DNA of 64,000 bases from Octopus vulgaris. Its lineage: Eukaryota. Each line of letters starts with the position of its first letter. The stretch's first letter is position 1. The stretch covers positions 114,452,001-114,516,000 of the forward strand of contig OX597821.1 of assembly GCA_951406725.2 (NCBI GenBank). Direction: 5' to 3'. Under the pieces are notes generated by a model. It was not told the DNA's origin, searched no databases, and saw only the letters and a list, made by a program, of their open reading frames with translations. The translations under genes were made by a program, and so were the position numbers. Positions 27,119 through 39,000 of this stretch are shown here, one piece after another.

Positions 27119-27464
27119 TAGTTGAGAAAAAGAACAGGATAGAAAAAGACACAGCGAACAGGTTTTTTTTTGGGGGCCGAAGAGCGCGGAAATTCACATT
27201 TATTTTCCTATTTTTCTCCTTTTCAGCACGGCGAGGTGGGTCAAATAACCTTATTCATCGCACACAGTACAAGAAAACACACACGCATTCATTTTTTCCT
27301 TTTCTGTATTTTGTTTTCCTTGTACACACTTATTCCTTTTTTTGCTACCCACGAGGTGCACAAACATACACAATTTTGAATTGCCTTCTCGGTTCCACGT
27401 GTTCTCTCTCCGTTTCTCGACCATACCTTCTGCCCCCTTCTCACAGACTCCTTCCGACAAAGGC

Positions 27465-29183
27465 ATGGCTTCAGGTTTGCCTTCATTTACGGGGGATGCG
27501 GGGCTGTGGTTTGCACAGGTGGAATCACACTTTGCCGCGCATACCATTCCGCCACAACAGCAGTTACATCGGCGAAGTTTCGCATGTCGTAGATCAGATT
27601 TCCGTCGATTTCCGTAAAAAACTTTTATTTTTTTACATAAGTAATGAGAGCGAAAGAGACTAAGAGGAAGCGATTTTACGACGAGAAGGTTTCACTTTGA
27701 AGTCGGCCTGTGTGTGTTTGATGGGGTGTGGGAGACAGACAGTATGTTGTGTAAGTGAAGTGCTTCTGTTAGTGTGTGCGAAGAGACAGAGAGAGAGAGT
27801 AATGTGTGAAAGAGAGAGATAACTGATTTTTTACTCGGTGTATGTGTATATGTATGTATGCATGTGTGTGTGTGTGTGTGTGTATGTATCTATGTGTGTG
27901 TGTGTGTAAGTATGTGTGTGTGTATGTATGTATGTGTGTGTGTGTATGTATCTATGTATGTGTGTGTGTGTATGTATGGCCGATTCATAGTAATTTTTTA
28001 CTCGGTGTATGTGTATATGTATGTATGCATGTATGTGTGTGTGTATGTATCTATGTATGTGTGTGTGTGTAAGTATGTGTGTGTGTATGTATGTATGTGT
28101 GTGTGTGTATGTATCTATGTATGTGTGTGTGTGTATGTATGTATGTATGGCCGATTCATAATTTTTTACTCCGTGTATGTGTATATGTATGTCTGCATGT
28201 GTGTGTGTGTGTGTGTGTATGTATGTGTGTGTGTGTATGTATCTATGTATGTGTGTGTATGTATGTATGTATGGCCGATTCATAGTAATTTTTTACTCGG
28301 TGTATGTGTATATGTATGTCTGTCTCTTCACACATACTAACAGAAGCACTTCACTTACACAACATACTGTCTGTCTCCCACACCCCATCAAACACACACA
28401 GGCCGACTTCAAAGTGAAACCTTCTCGTCGTAAAATCGCTTCCTCTTAGTCTCTTTCGCTCTCATTACTTATGTAAAAAAATAAAAGTTTTTTACGGAAA
28501 TCGACGGAAATCTGTGCTACTACAACCGAAACTATGCCGTTACATCTACTGTATTCAAGTTTGCCCTCCCGGCTCGCAACATCGGTCAGGGATCTCATTG
28601 TGAGTCCCCATCCTGACGCTACATATGCGTCAGTAAAGGCGGAGATCCTCCGTCGCAATACGCGCTCAGAAGAAAGTCAGTTTAATGAACTGATGGCCGA
28701 TGAGCAGTTAGGGGACAGAGCTCCATCCCAATTTCTGCGCCATCTAAGAGAGCTAAGCGGCAACGCCGCTGACGCGCCGCTCTTACGTAAGATATTTTTC
28801 TCAAGGCTACCTGCCCACGTGCAGACAATGTTGGCCACGGCACTGGATGCTGTGTCTGTGGACCAGATCGCCACGATGGCCGACAAAGTGTTGGAGTTTT
28901 CGCGCCCATCTCCCTCGCGGGGCCTGTACGCATGTACAGAGCCCCCCCCCCCCCGACACCTCCGACGAACGATAAACTGGCCGAGAACATCGACGCGCTT
29001 ACGCGGAGGATCGATGATCTGTGCCGTGCGATCGGACGCCAATCTCGTAGTCGCAGTAGCTCTATTTCCCGCAGTCGGAGTGACTCTGTTTCTCGTTCCG
29101 GCTGGTGCTGGTACCATTCGAGATATGCCGAAAAGGCAGATCGGTGTACCCAGCCGTGCACTTTCAAGCCCTCGGAAAACTAA
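27465..29183 (+). pseudogene. gag: gag, interrupted by a DNA-transposon insertion and a frameshift in a C13 run
   Basis: MASGLPSFTGDAGLWFAQVESHF...QQLH | LLYSSLP...LGDRAPSQFLRHL... and C-terminus [27 protein letters not shown]. Confidence 0.9.
27571..28538. mobile_element. Non-autonomous long-TIR DNA transposon (Merlin- or Mutator/Foldback-like)
   Basis: 8-bp TSD GTTACATC (27563-27570, 28539-28546), GGC...GCC termini, about 220-bp inverted arms (27571-27790 / 28319-28538), internal (TG)/(TATG)-rich minisatellite. Confidence 0.9.
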
Positions 29184-32100
29184 ATCCGGAGGAGGTGAGC
29201 ACGTCACCTTCTTCCCTCTCGTTTCCCAAACATCGTGCATTCTTTGTAAGAGATCTGGTGTCGAAGAAATTCTTCATGGTGGACACCGGCTCCTGTTGCA
29301 GCATCTGGCCCCTTCGTCTGGCTGCAGACAAGCCCAAGCGCTCTTCGATTGTCTTGCATGCTATTGACTCGTCTCCCATAACCACTTACGGTCAGATTTC
29401 GCTGCGCCTCGACCTCAACCTTCGTCGAGACTTTCAATGGGTTTTCGTCATCGCTGACATCCCACATCCTATTCTCGGCGCTGATTTCCTGGATAGGTTT
29501 AACCTATTGGTGGATGTCAGGCGTCGGAGGCTTCTTGATAGCACGACGTCGCTCTCTACACCGACTGGGAGTTCCACCACTGCGGTCCTTAGCCCGACAT
29601 TCTTTGTTGCCACCTCTGGAGACCCTTTTCACTCTCTTTTGGTTTCATTTCCGGAGCTAGTGGACATTGCCTTTAAACCGGAAAAGCCTACCCACTCGAC
29701 CCTCCATTTCATCACCACCAATGGGCCACCTGTATTCTCACGCCCACGGCGCCTAGCGTCAGACCGACTAAAAACGGCCAGAGCCGAGTTTGAGCACATG
29801 CTTCAACTTGGCCTTATACGCCCCTCCACCAGCCCATGGGCATCTCCCCTTCATTTGGCGCGAAAGGGCGAGTCTGATTTTCGCCCGGTTGGAGACTATC
29901 GACGCCTCAATGCCGTCACAATAGCCGATCGCTATCCGATTAGAAATCTCCGAGACTTTACGGCAAATCTCCATGGTTGTACCATTTTTTCGAAGGTCGA
30001 TCTGATACGCGCTTACCACCAAATACCGGTCAACCCAGCCGACGTTCCAAAAACTGCAATCACTACCCCGTTTGGGTGTTTTGAGTTTTTGTACATGAGT
30101 TTCGGTTTGCGGAATGCTACTAGCACCTTCCAGCGTTTCATCGATGAGGTTGTCCGCGGTCTTGATTTTGTGTTTGCCTATGTCGATGACATACTCATTG
30201 CGAGCGACACACGAGAAAATCATCTCCGGCACCTTTCTCAACTCTTCCAGCGTCTTCGCGCGTATAGCATACGCATAAACCCCGACAAGTGTGTTTTCGG
30301 ACGCTCTTCCCTAGATTTTCTAGGGCATCATATTGATTCGACTGGAATCAGCCCCCTCTCGTCAAAAGTCGATGCCATTCAACGCATCGCACCCCCCACT
30401 TCCTTGCGCCAGCTCAGGCATTATCTAGGGATGGTCAATTTCTACCGACGCTTCATTCCCGGTTGTGCAGATAAGCTGCTACCTCTCACCAGGCTGTTAA
30501 AGGACTCTCCTAGAAAGGACAGTCAAGTCACCCTCTCTGTTGAGGCAGTGACAGCCTTTGAGTCCATTAAGAAGGAGCTGGCTTCTGTTTCTTTGCTTGC
30601 ACATCCAGTTCCTGGTGCTTCTCTCTCTTTGACTGTGGACGCATCGGACACTGCGATTGGCGCTGTGTTACAACACACAGTGGATGACCATGTTCGACCT
30701 CTAGCCTTCTTTTCCCGTCAACTGCAACCAGCTGAACGACGATACAGCACCTTTGATCGTGAGCTCCTAGCGATCTATCTATCGGTTCGTCATTTCCAGC
30801 ATCAACTTGAAGGGCGAGATTTTGTGATCTATACGGATCACAAGCCCCTTACGTTTGCCCTGTTTTCAAAAACGGACAAACTCTCACCCCGTGCTTTTCG
30901 GCACCTGGATTTTATCTCTCAATTTACTAGCAACATTCGACACATACCTGGAAAAGAGAACGTTCCTGCTGACGCTCTCTCTCGCCTTCCAGTTTGCGCC
31001 CTTTCGTCTCCTGCTGCTATCGACTTAGCTGCCATATCGCAGGAGCAGCCACCTTTGGCGTCGTTAGATTTAACTTCTCCCAAGTTCTCCTGTTGCCAGT
31101 TTTCCTACCTTCCGCTTCCGTCAGCCGAAGGCACCATTCTTTGTGACACTTCAACTGGATCTCCCAGGCCACTGGTGCCTGAGACCCATCAACGCTCAGT
31201 GTTTGAAGCACTGCACTCCTTATCACATCCTGGCATCGCTGCCACCCTCAAACTAATCACTGCTCGGTTTTTCTGGCCGAATATGCGTCGCACAATTACC
31301 TCTTGGACACGAACCTGCTCCAAGTGTCAACGATCCAAAATTCAACGGCACGTTCGTGCCCCGCTTGGACAATTTCCCCCCACGGAGGCCCGTTTTCGCC
31401 ATGTCCACATCGATCTGGTTGGACCATGGCCTGTGAGTCGCGGGTTCTCTTATCTGTTAACTTGTGTCGATCGCTTCTCCCGCTGGCCAGAAGCCATTCC
31501 GATAGCAGACATTTCTGCTGAGACTGTTGCGCGAGCTTTCGTTTCAAACTGGATTTCTCGCTTCGGAGTCCCGTCCCGATTGACAACTGATCGCGGACGA
31601 CAGTTTGAGGCCTCGCTATTTCGCGAATTGTCGCGAATTTTGGGTATGCACCATATCCACACCACAAGCTACCATCCAGCGTCTAATGGATTGGTTGAGC
31701 GGTTCCATAGACAGCTCAAGGCCGCTCTTCGTGCCTCTTCGGACCCACAGTCCTGGATCGAATTTCTGCCCATTGTGCTTCTCGGCTGTCGGACTGCTGT
31801 CAAGGCAGACCTGGGGTTTTCTGCTGCAGAGCTGCTGTATGGTACCACACTGGCATTGCCCGGTACGATGTTGGTGCCAGACACTTCCCCGCCCCATGAT
31901 CCGGCGACCTATGTCACCAGACTGCGGGAATATTTTTCAAACCTTCCGCCCATGCTTCCCAGAAAGCAATCTCCACCGTCCCATCTTCCACCGGATATGA
32001 ACACCTGGTCGCATGTTTTTGTTCGGGACGATTCTGTGAAGGGCCCACTTGTTTCTCCCTATAAAGGACCTTTTCGTGTGCTTTCTCGCACACCAAAGGT

Positions 32101-32386
32101 TTTCACGATTGAGTTAAATGGTCGTTCGGAGACCGTTTCCGTGGACCGTTTAAAAAAGGCACATTTTGAGACGTCTTCATCTTTTGATGACAACCTTGAC
32201 ACACCCACCTATGCACCTTTAACAACACTTTCACCTGCACAAACGCCTTCACCTGCACAAACGCCTTCACCGGCTCCTACAACACCACTCTCGCCGTCAA
32301 CGGGTGCCCCGAGCACACCGTATGTTACAAAATCGGGCAGAACAGTGCATTGGCCCAAGAAACTTTCAAAAACAATTTACATTTAA
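29171..32386 (+). CDS. pol: pol polyprotein (protease, reverse transcriptase, RNase H, integrase), in the -1 frame relative to gag
   Basis: Uninterrupted ORF: VDTGS (PR), YVDD (RT), VDASD/ELLA/TDHKP/DALSR (RH), HSLSH..CSKC plus DDE core and GPF motif (IN). Confidence 0.96.
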   Translation, partial: LGKLNPEEVSTSPSSLSFPKHRAFFVRDLVSKKFFMVDTGSCCSIWPLRLAADKPKRSSIVLHAIDSSPITTYGQISLRLDLNLRRDFQWVFVIADIPHPILGADFLDRFNLLVDVRRRRLLDSTTSLSTPTGSSTTAVLSPTFFVATSGDPFHSLLVSFPELVDIAFKPEKPTHSTLHFITTNGPPVFSRPRRLASDRLKTARAEFEHMLQLGLIRPSTSPWASPLHLARKGESDFRPVGDYRRLNAVTIADRYPIRNLRDFTANLHGCTIFSKVDLIRAYHQIPVNPADVPKTAITTPFGCFEFLYMSFGLRNATSTFQRFIDEVVRGLDFVFAYVDDILIASDTRENHLRHLSQLFQRLRAYSIRINPDKCVFGRSSLDFLGHHIDSTGISPLSSKVDAIQRIAPPTSLRQLRHYLGMVNFYRRFIPGCADKLLPLTRLLKDSPRKDSQVTLSVEAVTAFESIKKELASVSLLAHPVPGASLSLTVDASDTAIGAVLQHTVDDHVRPLAFFSRQLQPAERRYSTFDRELLAIYLSVRHFQHQLEGRDFVIYTDHKPLTFALFSKTDKLSPRAFRHLDFISQFTSNIRHIPGKENVPADALSRLPVCALSSPAAIDLAAISQEQPPLASLDLTSPKFSCCQFSYLPLPSAEGTILCDTSTGSPRPLVPETHQRSVFEALHSLSHPGIAATLKLITARFFWPNMRRTITSWTRTCSKCQRSKIQRHVRAPLGQFPPTEARFRHVHIDLVGPWPVSRGFSYLLTCVDRFSRWPEAIPIADISAETVARAFVSNWISRFGVPSRLTTDRGRQFEASLFRELSRILGMHHIHTTSYHPASNGLVERFHRQLKAALRASSDPQSWIEFLPIVLLGCRTAVKADLGFSAAELLYGTTLALPGTMLVPDTSPPHDPATYVTRLREYFSNLPPMLPRKQSPPSHLPPDMNTWSHVFVRDDSVKGPLVSPYKGPFRVLSRTPKVFTIELNGRSETVSVDRLKKAHFETSSSFDDNLDTPTYAPLTTLSPAQTPSPAQTPSPAPTTPLSPSTGAPSTPYVTKSGRTVHWPKKLSKTIYI
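29174..29214 (+). promoter_or_regulatory. -1 ribosomal frameshift signal
   Basis: Slippery G_GAA_AAC immediately before the gag TAA, 7-nt spacer, 11-bp stem GGAGGAGGTGA / TCACCTTCTTC with a 5-nt loop. Confidence 0.8.
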
Positions 32387-32503
32387 CTTTCTTTAAAATG
32401 TTTCTTATTGTATAATAGTATGTACCAAGTCTTCTGGGGGATCGGCAAGCCTTCTGTTTTCTGCAGCACCACCACAATATTCTGGTTGCCGTACTTCGCA
32501 CTC

Positions 32504-32512
32504 GGAGGGGAG
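32504..32512 (+). promoter_or_regulatory. Polypurine tract
   Basis: GGAGGGGAG three nt before the 3' LTR. Confidence 0.8.
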
Positions 32513-32515
32513 CCC

Positions 32516-32933
32516 TGTAGTGATGCTACTGTGTAGGGTTCGGCGCGCATGCGCAGAATGGGACTACTTCCGGGTGGCCACCGGAAGTCTTCCCCATGCG
32601 CATGTGCGGGAAAAACATCTCTCGAGCCCGCGAACCTCAAATCCCTCTCTTCGGCTCAAGACAGCCCTGCGATCGGTCACGGTTTTCCTGGCTCTGACAG
32701 CCACACACCAGCTTCAACCAACTTCAACCAACCTCAAGACCAACACCAGCAATATATCAGAGGCTGTCCATTCCCCCATCAGACAACGTACAACCATGAA
32801 TCAATAAACCAAGTTGTCTGTTCACCTTTAACCTGAGTTTCGTCTGTTTGTTTTCTACAAGAATTATTGTATGTGACTAGAAAGGATCTCGACACCCTAC
32901 CAGTGCTTCGATGATAGATCCTTTCACGTTACA
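32516..32933 (+). repeat. 3' LTR
   Basis: 418-bp direct repeat of 26689-27106, followed by CACA. Confidence 0.96.
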
Positions 32934-33049
32934 CACATATAGACTATGTGACGTCATCGTATAAAATGTTTACGATAGTTGAATTGATTTATGGAAAAGA
33001 TAATAATGTTAAATTTTTGAAATGCAAATATGTGAATGGAAATTAAGTT

Positions 33050-34090
33050 TAATTTGTACTGCTGCTGCACAACTTGCAGAGACTGAACACCAGCGTAAAC
33101 TCAGACGAACTGCTAATACTGCGTCAACTATTGCTGTACGAGCTGCGGAGAACAAAAACGAACGCACTACACGCCTGGTCAGGAATGCTGCCAACATGGC
33201 TGCTGCGCAAGCTTTCCACACCTTACAACAGAGATATATTACGCTGCAGACTCCCGTTCAACAAAGAGCTCATAGACGAGGATTTTCACAGCTCACGATG
33301 GTCATTAAAGGTTTTCGACTACAACCCTACCCTGAGCTTCATTATGATTGCCACCCAGATATGAACATTGGAGATATGTCCATCACTTGCTCTTTCTGAA
33401 ATGCCAAGAAGTGGTCAAGAGAAACTCTTGCTATGTGTTGCGCTAATGGAAAAGTTAACCCCACTCCGCTGCAGGATCCACCACAGCTGTTGAAGTTACT
33501 CTACACTGGCACAACTACAGAGTCGAAACATTTCCTCAATAACATCTGGAAGTACAATTGTGCATTCCAAATAACAGCTTTCGGCGCTAATGTTGTTCAA
33601 GAAGGCGGGTTTATGCCAACTTTCAAAATGCAGGGACAGATTTACCATAGGATAGGATCGCTTGAACCTGCTGAAAATCAAGATCTTCAAATCTTTCAAC
33701 TGTACTTTGTAGGCAATTTACATGAACAAGCCATCCGACGAAACTCCATTTCCACTGGCACTAACCTTCGCCTGATAATGCAACTGCAAAACCTTTTGCA
33801 CCAGAAAAGCAGCTTCGTACGCAGCTTCAAGTATGCCTTGGAAACAGAAGCTCCATCAAATGTTAATGTTGTCATTAATGCTCAGAAAAGACCATCTAGG
33901 GGAGAATGCAGGCCGTTACAATGCACCCACATGCAATGAAATAGCTGTACTCCTTCACGGTGAATAGCACAATCCCTGAGACATTGTTCTTAGGCGACGT
34001 GATACCACCCTCCAACGAATTAGTGGAACGCACCGATCCTACGATACGCTTCAATATCCGCTTCTGATTGTTAACGGTGAGGACGATATA
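33050..34090 (+). pseudogene. Degenerate Helitron RepHel N-terminal region (second family)
   Basis: IGDMSITCSF*NAKKW..E...MCCANGKV...FLNNIWKYNCAFQITAFGA...GFMPTFKMQGQIYHRIGSL...YNAPTCNEIA...HRSYDTLQYPL, with stops and a frameshift. Confidence 0.88.
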
Positions 34091-35621
34091 CTTATGCGCA
34101 GCGTGTGGTCTTCTTTCATTTTGTGAGGTTAAAAGTGAATGGACTCGGTCTTGTGCACACCGCATAAGCACTGTTATATAAAATATTCTAAGACTGACAA
34201 AGGGCTAGCGGGGGAAAACGATCCACTTGCTGGCTATGAGAGAGAACTGCAACAAGGCATTTAGACTGGCATTTTCTTTATCAATACCAGGGGATGAAAG
34301 TTAAGATCGATTTTAGCTGGATTTGAACTCGGAACGAAAGAAACCGGAATAAATAGTGAGGTCTCTTATCTGATGCTCCAACAACAATTCGCTGTAAATC
34401 AATAAAACTAATAGTATTAAGAATATTCTGTGAATTCTCTAAAGTTCGCATAATCTAAACACCCTTAAAATAGAGAAAAACAAGACATCTCCACAAATGT
34501 ACCGCACCAACTTTATTTCCTCAAAACTTTCAGAAAAATGGATATCTTTTTAATGAAATTTTCTACAAATACCTACAAATAGGTTACAATTATAAGTACT
34601 CATTACGACTAAGAAGGTTCCAATAGACGGAACAGCTTACCCATATACGGTTAACCCTTAATGTAGTTCTCAGGAAGATTCCGTGTGACACAGGATAAGA
34701 TAAGGCTGGCCCTTTGAATAACAGGTACTACTCACTTTGCTGGCCGAGTGGACTAGAGCATTGGGGAATAAAGTGTCTAGCGCAATAACACTACGCACGC
34801 CGAGAATCGAACTCAGAACCTTGCGATCGTGAGCCAAATATTCTCACTACTAAGCTACGTACCTCCACACATCAATTTTTTTTTTCCAAAATTTCATGTT
34901 TCATTTTGAATGTGTGCGCGCCCACCTTTTTTTTTCACATTAAATTTCGATATAATCGTAATCCACACTATTCTTTTATTTGTTTCAGTCATTTGACTGC
35001 GGCAATGCTGGAGCACCGCCTTTAGTGGAACAAATCGACCCCAGGACTTATTCTTTGTAAGCCTAGTACTTATTCTATCGGTCTCTTTTGCTGAACCGCT
35101 AAGCTACAGGGACATAAACACACCAGCATCAGTTGTCAAGTGATGGTAGGGGGACAAACACAGACACACATACATATATATATACATACATATATGACAG
35201 GCATCTCTCAGTTTCCGTCTACCAAATCCGTTCCAAGGCTTTGGTCGGTCCCATGCTGTAGTAGAAGACACTTGCCCAAAGTGCCACGTAGTAGGACTGA
35301 ACCCGGAACCATGTGGTTGGGAAGCAAGCTACTTACCACACAGCCACTCCGGCACTTGTCTGCGACTGAAAGATATTAAAAAAAAAATTTATTAAATATA
35401 TTAATTTTTCTGAAAGTTATGAGAAAATAAAGTCAGCGACAGGCACATATGTGTAGATATGCGAAAAGCAAATATATATTATGCGAGTGACACAATATAC
35501 GAATGTATTAAATTCACAAATGAAGGTCAACAATTTAAAATCGATAAATATCAAATTATTATATTTGTCGCAAACAAAGTTTTCTGCCAACAAGACAATA
35601 AAAGGGAAGTAAGCGTTGTTG

Positions 35622-35630
35622 ACTTCCGGT
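35622..35630 (-). promoter_or_regulatory. ETS/GABP-type site in the BSDC1 proximal promoter
   Basis: ACTTCCGGT about 245 bp upstream of the ATG, in a locally CpG-containing unique region. Confidence 0.5.
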
Positions 35631-35872
35631 CTACATTTACGACACATCATATAAGTGTGACTTGTCATAAGAAATATGCTGACAGAATATTATCGTGGAT
35701 GTCGAGTGGAATCTCTTCTTTTAAAGTCATTTCTTTTTTAATTTGAAAAGATATTTTGTATAAGTTGTTGTAAACTGGGGTTAAATTTTCTTTCAGTTTT
35801 TAGCATGAGAAATTTATTATTTCTTTAATTTCTTCCCCAATTTTATTTCCTTTCATTAAATTGTAAACAAAC

Positions 35873-35883
35873 ATGGCTGAAAG
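35873..35883 (+). CDS. BSDC1: BSD domain-containing protein 1, coding exon 1 (MAE-S)
   Basis: AAACATGGCTGAAAG|GTAAGA; in phase with exon 2. Confidence 0.85.
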
Positions 35884-36018
35884 GTAAGAGCTTTTTAAAA
35901 AAAATTATTTATTTCGTCTTTTTCTGTTATTATTTTGGATTTTCCTGAAAAGATATTTCTGTATTTCTATTCAGTCACCATCCTTTTATAATATTTATTT
36001 TATTCTATCCTATTTCAG

Positions 36019-36076
36019 CGAACCACAACCCGCCAATGGCTGGTTTAGCAGTTGGATCCAATCTGCTAAAGAGAAA
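36019..36076 (+). CDS. BSDC1: BSDC1 exon 2 (EPQPANGWFSSWIQSAKEK)
   Basis: TTTCAG| ... AAA|GTATGT; GW..SW.Q..KEK matches the BSDC1 N-terminus. Confidence 0.9.
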
Positions 36077-39000
36077 GTATGTGAAATATATTGTTTTCGT
36101 TTATAAATTTTAATTTGTATTCTTCTTTGAGAAATTAATTTAAATCTTAATTTTTCCATAGTGATATTTTAACATAAAGTGTCTTTCCATTCAATGCGAC
36201 AAATTCCAACCAGTTTGTAGTCTTGTCATTCCTCGTAAAAATATTTATTCCTCTGCGTTGTGTAAACAGTTTACAAGACCAAAATAACCATATTGTTTGT
36301 TAACTTTGTACAGTCACCAACTGACCTACTATAAGCTATTTTATTTCTGGTTTATTGTTGCAACAATACTGGATAATCAACTTATTCCCTCTATCTGTGC
36401 TTTTTAACTGTGTTATAAATTTTACCATAAACCTCGTATAAATAATGTATTTGTAATGTCTTTAAAACCAGCTTGACCAAAATAGTCAAGTATTAATATT
36501 TTCTTTCGGTTTGTTATAGTTATAATAAATTTTTCTCCCCAATGTAATAAAATGTGTTGGTTTACGAAACTGAAAACTAACTGTTAAAATATCACTATGG
36601 AAAAATTAACATTTAAATTAGTGGTAGTTTATTTTGAACCTCAGTAGGAGACCGATCAAGGAAAGCTGGGCCCTGTTAGCACCAAGCATTCAATCTAATA
36701 TTTTCAGGGTCGGTAAAATAAATACTGAGATTCGATATAATCGATTACAATATCCTTGTAAAGTGTACCCCATCATGGTTATTCTCTTAGTACCCGAAAC
36801 CCGTATATATCTTTTTTTAAAAATCTTAATGTAGTAAATAAAGTGTTGGAATTTTAGCGCCCTTTTTAATAAAGCTCCCTACTATATTTAGCGCTTAATG
36901 ATTATCATCCTAGGTGCTTATTATTTGCTATCGTAAATTAAATAACCACAGGATTATAAAGATTATGGTATATGATATAAAGTCCCGAGGAGTAACGATA
37001 CAGATTTAGGGAGACTGGATTAGAATTGGGGACTTTTAAGGTGAGAAAAATGAATATTTACAATTAGTAAAGATAAAAAAGGAAATTCTTTGGCATGACA
37101 AACGGGGATCTGTATATTTTCTAGATCTGCTAGAAAAAACTGCCATGTTCACCTTAAACAACACGTCTTAGAAAAAATTGGGTGCATTTCGGAAAATAAG
37201 TTTGGAATGCTCTGATCATAGGTGTCTATTCAGTTAGGGTTAACTTGGGGTTAAACAATTTGAAGACAATAATTAAAGACCAGTGACATAACATGAGGGT
37301 AAAGACCTTGTGTCCCCATCTTAATGAAAGGCATGAGGAGGACAAAACTTTACAACCAGTCGAAGGGACTACCTTTACACCCTCCTTTGCTACATCCATG
37401 TTAAAAAATTTCCTGGAAAGATAAGATGACCGTCCAATTCTCTAGCAGATCAGGCCAAGATTAACAATTCTTATTCATAAAAAATGTAATAAAAGATGTT
37501 TCCAACCTCTGAAATCCTAAATTCTTGTTTTGCTTTAGATCGGTTTTTGTACAATTAATGTTTATATAAGATCTTTTTTCAGCTTTTCCATGTTTGCATG
37601 AGTCAGGTGAATGTTATTTGGGGCGGTTTTACAGTTGGATGCCTTTCTCCTAATGTATCTTAACTTAACTTACAAATGTAAACACAACATAAACATGCTT
37701 TGACACACCCACACACACAATAGCCTTCAGTTTTTGTCTACCAAATCCGTTCAAGGCTTTCGTCAGTCCAACCACTTGGTGGGAAGGAAACTTTTTCAAA
37801 ACTACAACAAAATCAGAATTTCTCTAATTCACAAGTGCAGTATTACTTTATCTTTACAGTGGGTATTTACTGCATTTATATCTAGTTTAATTTCTAATCA
37901 TTATCATCTTGGCGTCTTATTCTTAGATTTTTCACTCTCTCTCCATACACATATAAGCATTGTCCCAGACTGGATTCCTCTAGGTACCATTGAATCTCAG
38001 GACTGATGGCCAACTAGGCCTGTAGCCTCATCTGGGACACCTGTTCGTCAGGTTTGGCCATTGATCTGCTCCTCTGCGTGTGTGTGTGTGTGTGTGGTAG
38101 TCATCCATACAAGCTTCCCTCTCTGCTGCACCACCACTCTTGTGCAAAAGAAGGGTTGCCACTACAGCTATCATAACACAAAAGCCTGAACAATATACCA
38201 CCAGGTATCTTGTCTGATACTATAACAGTCCCATGAATCTTTCTTATAAATTTTTCTTTAACCTTAGGACTCAAGGCCTGTTATTCAGTTTCTATGGCAT
38301 ATGTGACCAAGATCATATTTTCCCTAAATGAGACACCGGTCTGTTGCAGTGTCCAAGGCCAGCAATTTCATAGGGAGTATGCAAATCAATTACATTGACC
38401 CCCCAGTACTTGACTGGTACTGTTCTTGATCCTTAAAGGGATGAAAGGCAAGTTAGCCTTCAGTGCGATTTGAACTCACTCTTTGAAAACCTCCTAACAT
38501 GACTTTGCTAAATTTTTTTGTCAAATTTTCAGCAAAGCTTTTTCATCAAAATTCACATTCTCTTTACTCTCTTCTACTTGTTTCAGTCATTTGACTGTGG
38601 CCATACTGGAGCACAGCCTTTAGTCAAGCAAATCGACCCTAGGATTTATTCTTTGTGTGCCTAGTACTTATTCTATCAGTCTCTTTTGCCGAACTGCTAA
38701 ATTACAGGGACATAAACGCACCAGCATCGGTTGTCAAGCGATGTTGGGGAGACAAACATATATACACACACACACACACACATATATATATAACTACACT
38801 CTCGGAGTGGTTGGTGTTAGGAAGGGCATCCAGCTGTAGAAACTCTGCCAGATCAAGACTGGAGCCTGGTGCAGCCATCTGGTTCACCGGCCCTCAGTCA
38901 AACCGTCCAACCCATGCTAGCATGGAAAGCAGACGTTATACGATGATAATGATACATATATATATACATATATACAACAGGCTTCTTTCAGTTTCCATCT

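Larger units (their letters stand above)
26689..32933 (+). mobile_element. Full-length Ty3/Gypsy LTR retrotransposon, CsRn1-like clade
   Basis: Two 418-bp TG...CA LTRs, 4-bp TSD CACA, tRNA-Trp-type PBS, PPT, gag with CHCC-like motif, PR-RT-RH-IN order. Confidence 0.96.

Noticed and set aside
27831-28449. CV/HT-rich ORFs
   Set aside because: Translation of (TG)n repeats inside the DNA transposon.
28534-29367. 277-aa ORF as complete gag
   Set aside because: Its ATG comes from the inserted TIR, and after the C13 run it leaves the true gag frame.
32229-32275. TPSPAQ tandem repeat at the pol C-terminus as an extra domain
   Set aside because: A simple 18-bp tandem duplication in a low-complexity tail; no chromodomain or env-like ORF.
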